Shown: in pieces, positions 32,932-43,046 of the stretch
Position numbering within the stretch: position 1 is the stretch's first letter
Layout: every line of letters starts with the position of its first letter
Assembly: GCA_011911785.1 (NCBI GenBank)
Contig: GCA_011911785.1_4084.1
DNA: 64,000 nt
DNA from: a phage
Strand: one strand, 5' to 3'
Notes under the pieces: generated by a model
Seen by the model: the letters and a program-made list of their open reading frames with translations, nothing else
The model's database searches: none
What the model was told of the DNA's origin: nothing
Made by a program: the position numbers and the translations under genes

Positions 32932-32964
32932 GGGTTGACTTCGGTCAGCCCTTTTTGCTATAAT
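32932..32964 (+). terminator. terminator hairpin (UUCG loop) fused to extended -10 promoter
   Basis: GGGTTGACTTCGGTCAGCCC, T5, TGCTATAAT. Confidence 0.7.
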
Positions 32965-32990
32965 CATTTCATCAACTCAAGAGGTAACAC

Positions 32991-33227
32991 ATGAAACTAT
33001 CTTTTATACGTTTAGCAGAATTCTTCGGTACTGATGTAATTACTCTACAACAAATCGCAGATAATACATCATTAACTACGCAAGAAGTACTTGACTTAGA
33101 TGTAATTAAGAGCGATAATACTTCCATTGATTTCAAAGAAGGTCTTGTCGAAAAAGATAAGATTCAAGCTAAGATTCATGGTGCTGGGCGGGTTCAGTAC
33201 TGGAAAGGAGTTTTAAGTAATGTTTGA
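32991..33227 (+). CDS. hypothetical protein
   Basis: ATG after AGAGGTAACAC. Confidence 0.5.
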   Translation: MKLSFIRLAEFFGTDVITLQQIADNTSLTTQEVLDLDVIKSDNTSIDFKEGLVEKDKIQAKIHGAGRVQYWKGVLSNV

Positions 33228-34347
33228 ACAGTACTATTTTAATGAAGATGGTGAAAAAGTTTATTTTTATGAAGAGCATGGAATGCTTTTTGAGTGGATG
33301 AAAGCCGAAGATATAAATTTTGTAAAAAAATCCAACATTGCTCAAGATCCTATTAGTATTATGGGTGAAATAAATGATCCAAGAGTTCTTGGATTCTATA
33401 TCAATAGATCACAAGATTATATATCTAAATCAAAAACCAAACTTGTAGTGAATAACGATGGTATGTTAGTTATTGGAGCCACCTGCACGAATTTTATTAG
33501 GCAGGGATTTAATGGGAAGATTTTTTACAATATTATTAATATTCCATATTACAGCCTTAATCATATTAGTGTCATCAACAAAAAATATGGTTATGATAAA
33601 TTTACTTATAGTGGAATAACTTCGTTTAACTCTACACTTCCTAGTAGAACTAAAATTGAAGTAGTATGTAATGATTGTGGTGATATAAAAAAACCCACAA
33701 TTACTGACTTAGCTACTGGTAAAATTGGTTGTCAAGAATGCACGAAACAAACTTTAGGTGAATTTATAAAAAAATCACATCTTATACACGGAAATAAGTA
33801 TGATTATTCTTTATATGACTACATTAACAACCAAGTAACCTCTATTATAATATGCAAAGAACATGGTGAATTTCAACAAACACCAAATTCACATCTGTCT
33901 GGTTCTGGTTGTCCCACGTGTGCAGTAAAAGGATTTAAAACTTCCAAGCCTGGAAGATTTTATATTCACAATGATTATGCAAAAAAATCGGATAAAGCTG
34001 GTATTACAAACAAAACTATTAAAGCAAGATTAAGTCCACAAAACTTATCTTATAAAAAAATATATAAAGTAGATAATTTTTGGAGTAATGAAATTTCCAT
34101 TTTATTTCATAAGAATGTGGGTGGGAAACTTGCTAGAGAATTGGAAATAATAATACATACAATTGCGTTATGTGGTAAACTATATAATAAAGGTTATTAT
34201 GAAAAGGGAGATGGTTGCACAGAAACATTCAATAATATCCATCGTCCTAAAGTTAATGAAGCCATTAAAAAATTCTTAGCTGAACATGAAGGAGAATACA
34301 TCATTGAACGTGATATCAATGGTATTTTTGGTGAAGTGATTGTATAA
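33220..34347 (+). CDS. hypothetical protein with Cys/His zinc-ribbon-like motifs (possible nuclease)
   Basis: CNDC, CQEC, CKEHG, HLSGSGCPTC motifs; function not established. Confidence 0.5.
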   Translation: MFEQYYFNEDGEKVYFYEEHGMLFEWMKAEDINFVKKSNIAQDPISIMGEINDPRVLGFYINRSQDYISKSKTKLVVNNDGMLVIGATCTNFIRQGFNGKIFYNIINIPYYSLNHISVINKKYGYDKFTYSGITSFNSTLPSRTKIEVVCNDCGDIKKPTITDLATGKIGCQECTKQTLGEFIKKSHLIHGNKYDYSLYDYINNQVTSIIICKEHGEFQQTPNSHLSGSGCPTCAVKGFKTSKPGRFYIHNDYAKKSDKAGITNKTIKARLSPQNLSYKKIYKVDNFWSNEISILFHKNVGGKLARELEIIIHTIALCGKLYNKGYYEKGDGCTETFNNIHRPKVNEAIKKFLAEHEGEYIIERDINGIFGEVIV

Positions 34348-34355
34348 AACAAAAA

Positions 34356-34387
34356 GGTTGACTTCGGTCAGCCCTTTTTGCTATAAT
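34356..34387 (+). terminator. terminator hairpin (UUCG loop) fused to extended -10 promoter
   Basis: GGTTGACTTCGGTCAGCC, T5, TGCTATAAT. Confidence 0.7.
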
Positions 34388-34415
34388 CATATCATCAACT
34401 ACAGAGGGTAACGAA

Positions 34416-35189
34416 ATGAACCGTACAGAGAAAGCAATCCAAATCGAAAAGAACTTCAACTCCATGATGGCAGCACTGGAATGTCTTCTTGATACACAAA
34501 CTAACTCTATCAACTCTCTGATCGTTTCTGGCAAGGGTGGTGTTGGTAAAACTTTCAACGTTGACCAACGGTTGCAGAAAGCTGATGACAACTTTGAAAT
34601 CGACTACAAGAAAATCAGTGGCAAAGTAACTACTGTTGGTCTGTACGAAGCACTGTATCGTTCACGTCACGCTGCTTCAGTACTGTTACTTGATGATGTT
34701 GATATCTTCTCTGATGAGACGAATATTGATTTGCTTAAAGCTGTATTGGATACTTCTGAGAAGCGTGTAGTATCTTACGCTACTTCTGCTAAGTACCTGG
34801 AACAGCAGGGTATCCCTAAGCAGTTTGAATTCCGTGGTAAAGTAATCTTCCTGACTAACAAAAACCTGTCACAGATTGCTAAAGGTAAAAGCAGTTTAGC
34901 ACCACACATTGATGCACTGATCACTCGTAGTATCTTTGTTGACCTGCAACTGTTCACCAACGAAGAAGTGATGATTCACATTGAGAACATCATGAACAAA
35001 ACTAACATCCTTGAAAACAATGGTGTTAACAAAAATGGTTGTAAAGCAATCCTGAACTGGATGCTGAGCAATGAAGACCGTCTGCGTAGTCCTTCACTGC
35101 GTATGCCAGTACTGATCGCTGGTCTTTACAATAAATTCCCATACGACTGGGAATCAATGGCTGAAAATATGTTCCTGGAGAAAAATTAA
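34416..35189 (+). CDS. P-loop NTPase (Walker A GKGGVGKT, Walker B LLLDDVD)
   Basis: Walker A/B motifs read directly. Confidence 0.6.
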   Translation: MNRTEKAIQIEKNFNSMMAALECLLDTQTNSINSLIVSGKGGVGKTFNVDQRLQKADDNFEIDYKKISGKVTTVGLYEALYRSRHAASVLLLDDVDIFSDETNIDLLKAVLDTSEKRVVSYATSAKYLEQQGIPKQFEFRGKVIFLTNKNLSQIAKGKSSLAPHIDALITRSIFVDLQLFTNEEVMIHIENIMNKTNILENNGVNKNGCKAILNWMLSNEDRLRSPSLRMPVLIAGLYNKFPYDWESMAENMFLEKN

Positions 35190-35408
35190 TTGATAACATA
35201 TAACATCGATAAGGTCATGTTATTATATGCATGTATTAACATGATTGTCGTTTTAGTTAAAGTTTATAGATGGTTTCATACACTTGATATTGATACTGAA
35301 AAGGAGTATAATCCTCAAGAAGCATCTCTTGGATTAAAAATTATTGTTTTAATTAGCGTAGTATCCGTATACATGGTATTACTATCAACTATGATTAAGT
35401 TCACTTAA
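35190..35408 (+). CDS. small membrane protein
   Basis: Hydrophobic; first of eight consecutive small membrane-protein genes. Confidence 0.45.
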   Translation: MITYNIDKVMLLYACINMIVVLVKVYRWFHTLDIDTEKEYNPQEASLGLKIIVLISVVSVYMVLLSTMIKFT

Positions 35409-35418
35409 CGAGGAACAT

Positions 35419-35751
35419 ATGATTAATTTATTTTCAACTGAGGTTATGATTAAAATTACATTAGTATACATGTGTCTATTCGTATACTACCACGCTCTCA
35501 TCGGAATCTTGTGGTTCTTTAAGAAAGGTCGTCTTCTTGAGAAATTGTACCCAGACTATATGATATTGTATACAATCGTCCAGGGTGTAGGAATAGTACT
35601 GGGAATTCTAGTGCACTTGATATATTTGTTTGAACCACACCTTCCGTGTATTACACAATACATTGTATTCGGAACTACTATTATGTGGCTTGTAATGATG
35701 GGTGTGTATGGTCTGTATTTGTACAGGAAACGTATAGTGGGAGATTTCTAA
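35419..35751 (+). CDS. small multi-pass membrane protein (WFFKKGR motif)
   Basis: Hydrophobic helices; paralog motif. Confidence 0.5.
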   Translation: MINLFSTEVMIKITLVYMCLFVYYHALIGILWFFKKGRLLEKLYPDYMILYTIVQGVGIVLGILVHLIYLFEPHLPCITQYIVFGTTIMWLVMMGVYGLYLYRKRIVGDF

Positions 35752-36104
35752 TGCAAGAGGTTATTAAATGGTTGACAACCAGTGATATTGCTAGTACACT
35801 GAACTATGTACTCATTATCTTATATCCGTTTTTGATGGTTCTAAACTTCATTGGATGGTATTTCAAACGTCCAATTTACTACAAGATTAATAATTCAGAG
35901 TACTATGAAAGTGTTGTAATTGCAACCTCAATCACGTATACTATGGGTGCAGTTCTTACAGTCATAGGATTAGGTCAAGGTGATAATCTTAACTTTATGC
36001 TATGTACCTTTGTTATGATATGTATTCCAACACTAATTGTAATTCTATCGAATATTGTGTGGAAAAAAATGTTATTTGCACGCAACAAAATACCGGAGGC
36101 ATAA
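35751..36104 (+). CDS. small multi-pass membrane protein (WYFKRPIYY motif)
   Basis: Internal ATG after GGGAG; TAATG overlap. Confidence 0.5.
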   Translation: MQEVIKWLTTSDIASTLNYVLIILYPFLMVLNFIGWYFKRPIYYKINNSEYYESVVIATSITYTMGAVLTVIGLGQGDNLNFMLCTFVMICIPTLIVILSNIVWKKMLFARNKIPEA

Positions 36105-36439
36105 TGGAGTACTTTATCAGTTTACTACCGTGGTACTTGAAAGTAAGTACAATTTACTACATCATTTCCGCTGGGTTTTATTTCTTGATGTGGTTCTTTA
36201 AACGTCCAATCAGTGAATTCATCGATAATCATCTGATGAGTTTTAAACTTCACTGCTGGTTTTGGTCATCGTCAGTGATGCCATTCATCCATTACGGAAT
36301 TATCAGTACTGGTAAACGTTCTAATGGTGAAATAATTTCCTTGGGTTTTTACTGGATATCGACTATTGTTTACATTGGTGTGCTTTTGTATCCATTTGTA
36401 GTTAAACTACGAAACTCTATCCCAGATCACAGGAAATAA
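36104..36439 (+). CDS. small multi-pass membrane protein (WFFKRPISE motif)
   Basis: Internal ATG after GGAGGC. Confidence 0.5.
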   Translation: MEYFISLLPWYLKVSTIYYIISAGFYFLMWFFKRPISEFIDNHLMSFKLHCWFWSSSVMPFIHYGIISTGKRSNGEIISLGFYWISTIVYIGVLLYPFVVKLRNSIPDHRK

Positions 36440-36440
36440 T

Positions 36441-36761
36441 ATGAAGATTGAATTGATTCTTTTCACAGTAAGTGCATTCTACTTTTGGGTTTGCTGGATT
36501 GGTTTTCTCTTTGCACTAAAACCATTTGACTTCTATGCAAAGCAGTGTAAAAATGCTGCTGTTGGTAATGTAGCTTTTACATTGCTTAGTACATTATGGG
36601 TAATACTGCTTATATTCAATCCACCTGATAATGATTTGGAAATGTCATTGTGTACATTATTTGCAGTCCTGTGTGTATTCGCAGCATTCTGTAGTTATAT
36701 TGGAAAGTTATGTTCTTTGGTATCAAATTTCCATCGTAAACAAAAAGATAAGAGGGTATAA
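36441..36761 (+). CDS. small multi-pass membrane protein
   Basis: Hydrophobic; tight array. Confidence 0.5.
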   Translation: MKIELILFTVSAFYFWVCWIGFLFALKPFDFYAKQCKNAAVGNVAFTLLSTLWVILLIFNPPDNDLEMSLCTLFAVLCVFAAFCSYIGKLCSLVSNFHRKQKDKRV

Positions 36762-37144
36762 TGTACACAACAATATATGTTATTCTTAATATCCTAAGTG
36801 CATGTCTAACAATAGGTGCATTAATATACATTGGAAAGTTCTTTTGTGTAAAGTTCGTCGAAGATGTGTATGAGGATATTGAATACGACTACGAATCTAA
36901 GTGCTTCTTCCATGTTGGATATATCATTTGCTTAGTAACTACTATCTTCACATGGATTGTATACGTATTCGGGATTGGAATCACTTCAATTGGTGAACCA
37001 GTACTGTGCATTATTGGATTAGTGTTTTCTTCAATATTCGGGTTATTGTTCATGATTATTCTTATGTATAATTTAATCTGTACTGCTATTGTTCCTTTCT
37101 TTTATGAAATTCACAATAACATTAAACGTAAGAAACGAGGTTAA
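36761..37144 (+). CDS. small multi-pass membrane protein
   Basis: TAATG overlap. Confidence 0.5.
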   Translation: MYTTIYVILNILSACLTIGALIYIGKFFCVKFVEDVYEDIEYDYESKCFFHVGYIICLVTTIFTWIVYVFGIGITSIGEPVLCIIGLVFSSIFGLLFMIILMYNLICTAIVPFFYEIHNNIKRKKRG

Positions 37145-37146
37145 TT

Positions 37147-37500
37147 ATGTTTTCTCCTGCTGGTCAAGTTATATTCATGTTATGTACACTGGTATTCTTT
37201 ATGTTATCTGTACTACTTGTGATGAAATTCTTTCACATGAAACCATTCAGTACTTGGTATGATAATATTGTGTACTATATTGGTAATGCTATAACACTCT
37301 TTTCAGTTGCATACTATTTCGGTTATTTTGCAATGCTATTTGGGTTATTACTTGAAGCTCGTGCATTGCTTGTAGCTGGTATGGTGGCAGATTTAATGTG
37401 TCTAACACTAGCCTGTATTGGATTTACTGTATGTATGTCGTTAACCATTTTTGACAAATTATGTAAACTACACAAACGTTTAGGTGAGAGGATGAAATAA
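37147..37500 (+). CDS. small multi-pass membrane protein
   Basis: Hydrophobic. Confidence 0.5.
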   Translation: MFSPAGQVIFMLCTLVFFMLSVLLVMKFFHMKPFSTWYDNIVYYIGNAITLFSVAYYFGYFAMLFGLLLEARALLVAGMVADLMCLTLACIGFTVCMSLTIFDKLCKLHKRLGERMK

Positions 37501-37883
37501 TGACTTACCGTGATTACTTTTGTATTTTTGAAATTGCAGTATTCGCTTTAGGTTCAGTCTGGTTACTTCTATACTACTTCTGTATTAATCCAGTATTCAA
37601 TTGGGTTCGTCGTGCTGAACAAAGTAGTGCTGGACAAATAGCAGTTGTTATGGGTATGACATATTATATGTTCGCCGTAGCTTCTGTTGTTATTGAAGTA
37701 ATATTTGGTGGCATGAATGGTGATGATGGGGCAACGTTCTATGGATTCGTAACATTCTTTAGTGTGCTGATTCCGTGTGGTGCTCTTATTATTACTGCGT
37801 TCTATTGGCTATATCGTGGTGTTAAGAAGCTGGAATCAATTCACGTAGATATGCGTTCAAAACGAATGGGGATTGACAAATAA
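37500..37883 (+). CDS. small multi-pass membrane protein
   Basis: TAATG overlap. Confidence 0.5.
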   Translation: MTYRDYFCIFEIAVFALGSVWLLLYYFCINPVFNWVRRAEQSSAGQIAVVMGMTYYMFAVASVVIEVIFGGMNGDDGATFYGFVTFFSVLIPCGALIITAFYWLYRGVKKLESIHVDMRSKRMGIDK

Positions 37884-38434
37884 TGAAACGAAGTTCTAAT
37901 GTCATTCGTGAACGATTTCGTAAAGTAAAAACTATTAAGTACGGGACTATTGCTCTTGTACTTAGTAGTACTTTTATTATGACAGGATGTGAACGCTCTG
38001 AAGATATTTCTGTATATCAGAATGTGGACCAATGTAAAAGAAGTGGTAGCAATCCGGTACAATGTGAAGATGATTATAAAAAAGCCCTAACTGAATCGGA
38101 AAAGGTAGCACCAAAATATAGTTCACAGAGTGATTGCTCAAGCGATTTTGGTAATCAATGTCAACAACATAGTTCGGGATTCTTTTGGATTCCAATCATG
38201 AGCGGGTTCCATAGTAGTGGTAATGGGTTTGCTAGTCAACCACTATACAACTCTAAAGGGAACTACTATGATGCTGGTGGTAACTCCTACGGTAGCAGTA
38301 CTGCAAAAGGTACAACACGTACTGTATCAAGTTCCGCATTAGCTCCAAAACCTCCTACAACGACCACAATCACCCGCAATGGGTTTGGGTCTTCAATAGC
38401 CAGAAGTGCCGCTCACACGAGTTCTGGTGGATAA
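37883..38434 (+). CDS. lipoprotein (lipobox IMTGC), Gly/Ser-rich C-terminal region
   Basis: Signal anchor plus lipobox; convergent with the first beta-propeller gene. Confidence 0.55.
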   Translation: MKRSSNVIRERFRKVKTIKYGTIALVLSSTFIMTGCERSEDISVYQNVDQCKRSGSNPVQCEDDYKKALTESEKVAPKYSSQSDCSSDFGNQCQQHSSGFFWIPIMSGFHSSGNGFASQPLYNSKGNYYDAGGNSYGSSTAKGTTRTVSSSALAPKPPTTTTITRNGFGSSIARSAAHTSSGG

Positions 38435-38435
38435 T

Positions 38436-38464
38436 AAAAAAGCCCACTTAATGTGGGCTTTTTG
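38436..38464. terminator. bidirectional intrinsic terminator (AGCCCAC...GTGGGCT)
   Basis: Hairpin with A-run upstream and T-run downstream. Confidence 0.7.
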
Positions 38465-41398
38465 TTATTTGTGTTTTATGTGTAAAGTATCTAATATTGT
38501 ATTGAACAATGATTTAGCAGAAATCATGATTACTTGATCAAAATCTTTAGTATAAGAAATATTAGCAGTACTGGAAGAATCTTTCACCTCATCCGGTAAT
38601 GCATCAAACTCTTCTTTTTCCATAATCTTTTCAAGTTCTTCACGAGAAATGGCTTTTACGTTTTCAATAGTCCTTAGTTGTATATTATAATCTTTATAAT
38701 ACGAAACTAAGTTCGTTGCGTATGAACCATCTTTAGATGCTGTTCCAGTAAAATCATAACATCCTGTATCAGTACTAACCCAATCGATTTTCCCTGAGCT
38801 ACCACTATATACACCTTTGTTAAATTTAATATTAACAACATCGCCAATAGTTTTCAATATACCACCTTTACATTCATTAAATGCGTTTAATTGATAACTT
38901 GTAGTCATATAGAATTTCGGTTCTAATGTAACAGTATCACCTACAGTTGCTTTCATGTCAGAAACACTTAAGAACAATTCATTAAATCCTTTTGAATAAG
39001 TCTTGGTAATTGTTGTTCCATCCCTGTTAGTTACTGTGTATTCTAAGTCCAATTCACAAATACTATTCAATGATAAGTAAGGGATATCAAATTTATCAGT
39101 ACTAGCATCATAAGGACATCTTGATGATGGTAGTATACCAGTAGGGTTTGGTACGTATTGAACTTTTGTTAACTCATACCCGCTTGCATTCGCTGGTGTA
39201 ACTGTAATAGACGGTGTAGATATTCCTTTCATTCCACAGAAGTATATGTTATCTGGAAAATCATTTATTACGAAGTCAGTGACAGGAATATCATAAGTAT
39301 CTTTATCAGTCCAATTGAGAACAACATTAGAACTGGTTGGATCAACAATATGTTCACTAGAACCACAGAAATATACTGATTTGGTATTAGTAATCATTAG
39401 TAATGTTTTGGATGATGAGTTCAATTCAAGAACATCTTTCACTTCAAGACCAGATGGTAATGTCAATGGTAACTTCGTGAATGATGTTAAATCTTGTTCA
39501 TCTTTAACACCACTAGTCCCCGCCGGAAACTTACCTGAACCATAGAAAACACCTTTATTCGTCATGAAATACATGAACGGGGTTGATGTTCCTTTGTCAA
39601 ATAGTTTAATGTCATCACATGTTAAACCATCAGGTAAACTTACTTTAGATGGAGTTCTATAAACACCAGGCTTAATACCACCTTCACCATTACTTACATC
39701 ACCTAGTACATATAAATCTTTACCTAGTTTCAAGAACATTGATTTATTTTTAGCACACAAGAATGTATCATATGATTTATCATCAATTGGTAGCTTGGTA
39801 TATTCGGTGTATGTAGGTATTGAATCATCAATCCACGAACTATCACCACTAATGTAAATGTGATTGTTTCTGTCAATATAATATGAATACACATCAGTAC
39901 TGTTCATATATAAAGCATTTAGTGCATTTGTTTTCACTAAGTGATTGAACTTAAGAACTTGTTTTCCATCGTACTTATGGGAGTTGACACCAATATCACC
40001 ATTCAGGCTACTACCAAATGAATATATGTGACCACGTGGTAATAGAACTTGAACACCACTTTTGGTTAAATTATATTTGGAGTGCAAGAGATCGTTATAT
40101 ACAACTCTAACTTTCTTAAAGATATCAGTACATTCAATCCACGATTTAGATGGTGTACCATCCATTCCTATTATTGCTGGATCACCATAATAATAAGCTT
40201 TATTTTCATATGATATTTTAAAAGATGATTTACCATCTTTTGTATTAGCACTGAAATACACATCTTTACTATCTTTAATTGGATAAGTACTATTCTCTAC
40301 AAAAGTATTATATGAGATATCGTTGTTAGAACTATTAAGAACAAAAGAAGTAGATGTACTATTGGACTTATAGACTGCTACGGAAGATGTATCACTGAAA
40401 TCAATTTTAGTGAACGTATCTTTGTATGTTTCGTTTAATAATCCTACATAAAAAACATCAGTGCCATCAGTAACGAATATAGCATTTCTATTATTACATA
40501 AAGAAGTAATATTTTTTACTACTTTATTTGAATTATAGTTCGGTAACTTCTTTAATCCACGAACAAAATTATCACAAATAATACCAGTACCATAGAAGTT
40601 ATAATCTTTATCACAGTATATAAATGCTGTATCATATGGTGAAGTACTTAAATTCTTATAGAATGGGAATGGAGTGAATGTGAATTGTAGAACATTACGC
40701 AATTCCCCTACTGTCTCTGTTGGGAATTGTCTGTTTTTATTATTTCCAAGAAAAACAACTCTATCTGTTAGGTATGTGTACATAATTCCATATGGTTTTA
40801 CGTACAAGTCATTATATCCTAATGATAATTTAGTTGGTGATGTTAGTGGACCGGAATTTATTTTATTTTGGTTAAAAGAAAATTCATTTGAATTATAACC
40901 AGCCCCATATGTATTACCATCAGTACTTAAATAATATACAGTAGCTTCCCCTGCTCCAAGAAAAGTCTTTACATCAGTTGCTAACGTTTTTTTGAAAGTT
41001 GGATAAAATTTATTATATGTTCCCGTTCCCATCATCAGTTCACCATTGCGGTTATGACCACGAGCATATAGAATACCTTTGTCTGTATCTAAGAAGAACA
41101 TACCATTATATGTTTTGTAAATCTTACCTTTTGTAATATCGAAATTGGAAAAATCATCACTAATATCAATGAATATCGTCTCAAGGTTATTTTCAAGGGA
41201 GTTTAGAGATTTACCACAATACCATACTGAGTTATCTTTTTTAACAGCAACACAACCACACGGACTGGCATCAAAATATGTTACATCGGAAAGAACCAGA
41301 GATAAGTTCTTTGTACTGCAATAATTATCCATTGCATATAAATCGGAATCTTTAAGTATATATACGGAATTCCCTACCGCTTTAATCGAATTTATCAT
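38465..41398 (-). CDS. large beta-propeller-like protein with RCC1-like repeats (~977 aa); possible adhesin/fibre
   Basis: Start at ATG 41398 (GAGGA SD) preferred over 41488; recurring YxxGxNxxGxLG-type repeats; lacks the MLPFVR N-terminus. Confidence 0.55.
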   Translation of the reverse strand: MINSIKAVGNSVYILKDSDLYAMDNYCSTKNLSLVLSDVTYFDASPCGCVAVKKDNSVWYCGKSLNSLENNLETIFIDISDDFSNFDITKGKIYKTYNGMFFLDTDKGILYARGHNRNGELMMGTGTYNKFYPTFKKTLATDVKTFLGAGEATVYYLSTDGNTYGAGYNSNEFSFNQNKINSGPLTSPTKLSLGYNDLYVKPYGIMYTYLTDRVVFLGNNKNRQFPTETVGELRNVLQFTFTPFPFYKNLSTSPYDTAFIYCDKDYNFYGTGIICDNFVRGLKKLPNYNSNKVVKNITSLCNNRNAIFVTDGTDVFYVGLLNETYKDTFTKIDFSDTSSVAVYKSNSTSTSFVLNSSNNDISYNTFVENSTYPIKDSKDVYFSANTKDGKSSFKISYENKAYYYGDPAIIGMDGTPSKSWIECTDIFKKVRVVYNDLLHSKYNLTKSGVQVLLPRGHIYSFGSSLNGDIGVNSHKYDGKQVLKFNHLVKTNALNALYMNSTDVYSYYIDRNNHIYISGDSSWIDDSIPTYTEYTKLPIDDKSYDTFLCAKNKSMFLKLGKDLYVLGDVSNGEGGIKPGVYRTPSKVSLPDGLTCDDIKLFDKGTSTPFMYFMTNKGVFYGSGKFPAGTSGVKDEQDLTSFTKLPLTLPSGLEVKDVLELNSSSKTLLMITNTKSVYFCGSSEHIVDPTSSNVVLNWTDKDTYDIPVTDFVINDFPDNIYFCGMKGISTPSITVTPANASGYELTKVQYVPNPTGILPSSRCPYDASTDKFDIPYLSLNSICELDLEYTVTNRDGTTITKTYSKGFNELFLSVSDMKATVGDTVTLEPKFYMTTSYQLNAFNECKGGILKTIGDVVNIKFNKGVYSGSSGKIDWVSTDTGCYDFTGTASKDGSYATNLVSYYKDYNIQLRTIENVKAISREELEKIMEKEEFDALPDEVKDSSSTANISYTKDFDQVIMISAKSLFNTILDTLHIKHK

Positions 41399-41618
41399 GT
41401 TTATATCCTCATAAATTGATACCAATTCTAATGTATTTACCCACTTAAAGTACAAAAAATGATCAATTAAATGGGGAATCTTTAACAAATGAATTCATGA
41501 TGTACTTGATGAATTGCCCATACCAACGGATTCCCCAGTCCCAGCATACCACATGGTATTATCGAACTTTTTTATCATTGTAGTATCATAACCACACCAA
41601 ACATCATCAACATTAGTA

Positions 41619-42971
41619 TTACAACAATTGTATTTCTGTGAGTGTTTGATATGTTGTACCGTTGTACACACCTCTCCAATATACCCTACCTTCAGTACTA
41701 ACCACTAATAGTCCATATGTTGTAAACCCAAGAGTACCACCAACATACATAGCATCTTTAATTCGAATACCAATGTCTTCATATGTAAATGAAGCGACTG
41801 CTCCCGCTTGCCACGAAGGACTAGCGTAGTAATCACTATAAACACCATGTGCTTTATATATTGATGTTGTTCCTGGTTCAAAAATTACAGTTCCACAGTA
41901 GTTCATTCGTATTTTAGTACTGGATGAAGTCGGTACATTTATACCTATGCCATCTTTTATCCCTGTAGTTAGGACGTTAAAACCACCCGCCACACGGTTG
42001 ACGTCATTCTCACCGATTAAAAACATACCAACGTTGTAGCCCATATAATATACACTGCTACTGCCATTCCAGAAAGAAAAACCACCACCATTACCACAGC
42101 GATATAGTTGTGAATTTGAGCAGTACATCATACCTTCGTTTGTCGCATCAAATTCATCTGCTGTTCCTATTGTAGCTACAGTAGTCCACGTTTTAATCAC
42201 TTGGTTTGTACTAGCTGGTGTTTGTATACCATATCGTATATTATATCCCTTACCAACGATTGTACCATCTTCTAATTTAGCATAAAGTACAGGTCTATTA
42301 CCAACAAAATACATATTATTGTGTGACATGTCTATTGTGCATCTTAATGAAACTACTTTTTGTGTCAATTGATTATCTTTAGTAAAAGAAGTAAAGTAGT
42401 AATCCGATGTTGAGTTGTTTATTAAACCTTGTATTGACAATCCCATATACCAGATTTCACCATTGCTGTTTAATGCTGCCAAAATACAACTATATTTTGA
42501 AGTGTATGCTGGTGATGTTGTTGAAGTTGCTGGTCCTTTATCATATCCACCACAGAATACCATCTCCACAACTTCACCTACGTTCGCAAAATAAGAAGAT
42601 ACATTGATAAAACCATTTGTTATAAAAGGTGCTGTATTCATACTTGAATGTGTGAATATCCCATTTGCATATACACCACAAAAATGATATGAACCATCAT
42701 TATCTTGGACTATTATTCCATTTGATAGTAACCAAAAATTGTTTACATTTTTTCTTACTAATTCAACTCCTGCACCATTGGTTGGTGTTATACCAAAAGA
42801 AACATATTTTGTTTGACCAATACCATATAAATTTCCATTAGTTGCTAGTATTGCACCAAACCAGTTCCCACCACCATTCCTATCATGACCCATACCAATG
42901 GAGTCGAATTTCTTTACAGTAGGAACTTCAACTTTATTCCCATACTCTAGCATTCTAACAAAAGGTAACAT
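41619..42971 (-). CDS. beta-propeller family protein, MLPFVRMLEYGN N-terminal module
   Basis: Start at internal ATG behind AAGGAGGA; shared N-terminus; RCC1-like repeats. Confidence 0.65.
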   Translation of the reverse strand: MLPFVRMLEYGNKVEVPTVKKFDSIGMGHDRNGGGNWFGAILATNGNLYGIGQTKYVSFGITPTNGAGVELVRKNVNNFWLLSNGIIVQDNDGSYHFCGVYANGIFTHSSMNTAPFITNGFINVSSYFANVGEVVEMVFCGGYDKGPATSTTSPAYTSKYSCILAALNSNGEIWYMGLSIQGLINNSTSDYYFTSFTKDNQLTQKVVSLRCTIDMSHNNMYFVGNRPVLYAKLEDGTIVGKGYNIRYGIQTPASTNQVIKTWTTVATIGTADEFDATNEGMMYCSNSQLYRCGNGGGFSFWNGSSSVYYMGYNVGMFLIGENDVNRVAGGFNVLTTGIKDGIGINVPTSSSTKIRMNYCGTVIFEPGTTSIYKAHGVYSDYYASPSWQAGAVASFTYEDIGIRIKDAMYVGGTLGFTTYGLLVVSTEGRVYWRGVYNGTTYQTLTEIQLL

Positions 42972-43016
42972 ATATCCTCCTTTATTCATTATATTATATT
43001 TAATCAAAAAAGAAAA

Positions 43017-43035
43017 GCCAGTACAGAGTACTGGC
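43017..43035 (-). terminator. intrinsic terminator (GCCAGTAC-NNN-GTACTGGC), array cassette
   Basis: Perfect 8-bp stem followed on the minus strand by a T-rich run. Confidence 0.6.
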
Positions 43036-43046
43036 ATTTAAAATAA

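Noticed and set aside
41399-41488. Upstream start at 41488 for the first beta-propeller gene, and long N-terminal extensions of the array genes (e.g. MIKYSIMNKGG...)
   Set aside because: Extensions begin at TTG or unsupported ATGs and read through the conserved promoter and SD; the SD-proximal ATG is conserved across paralogs.
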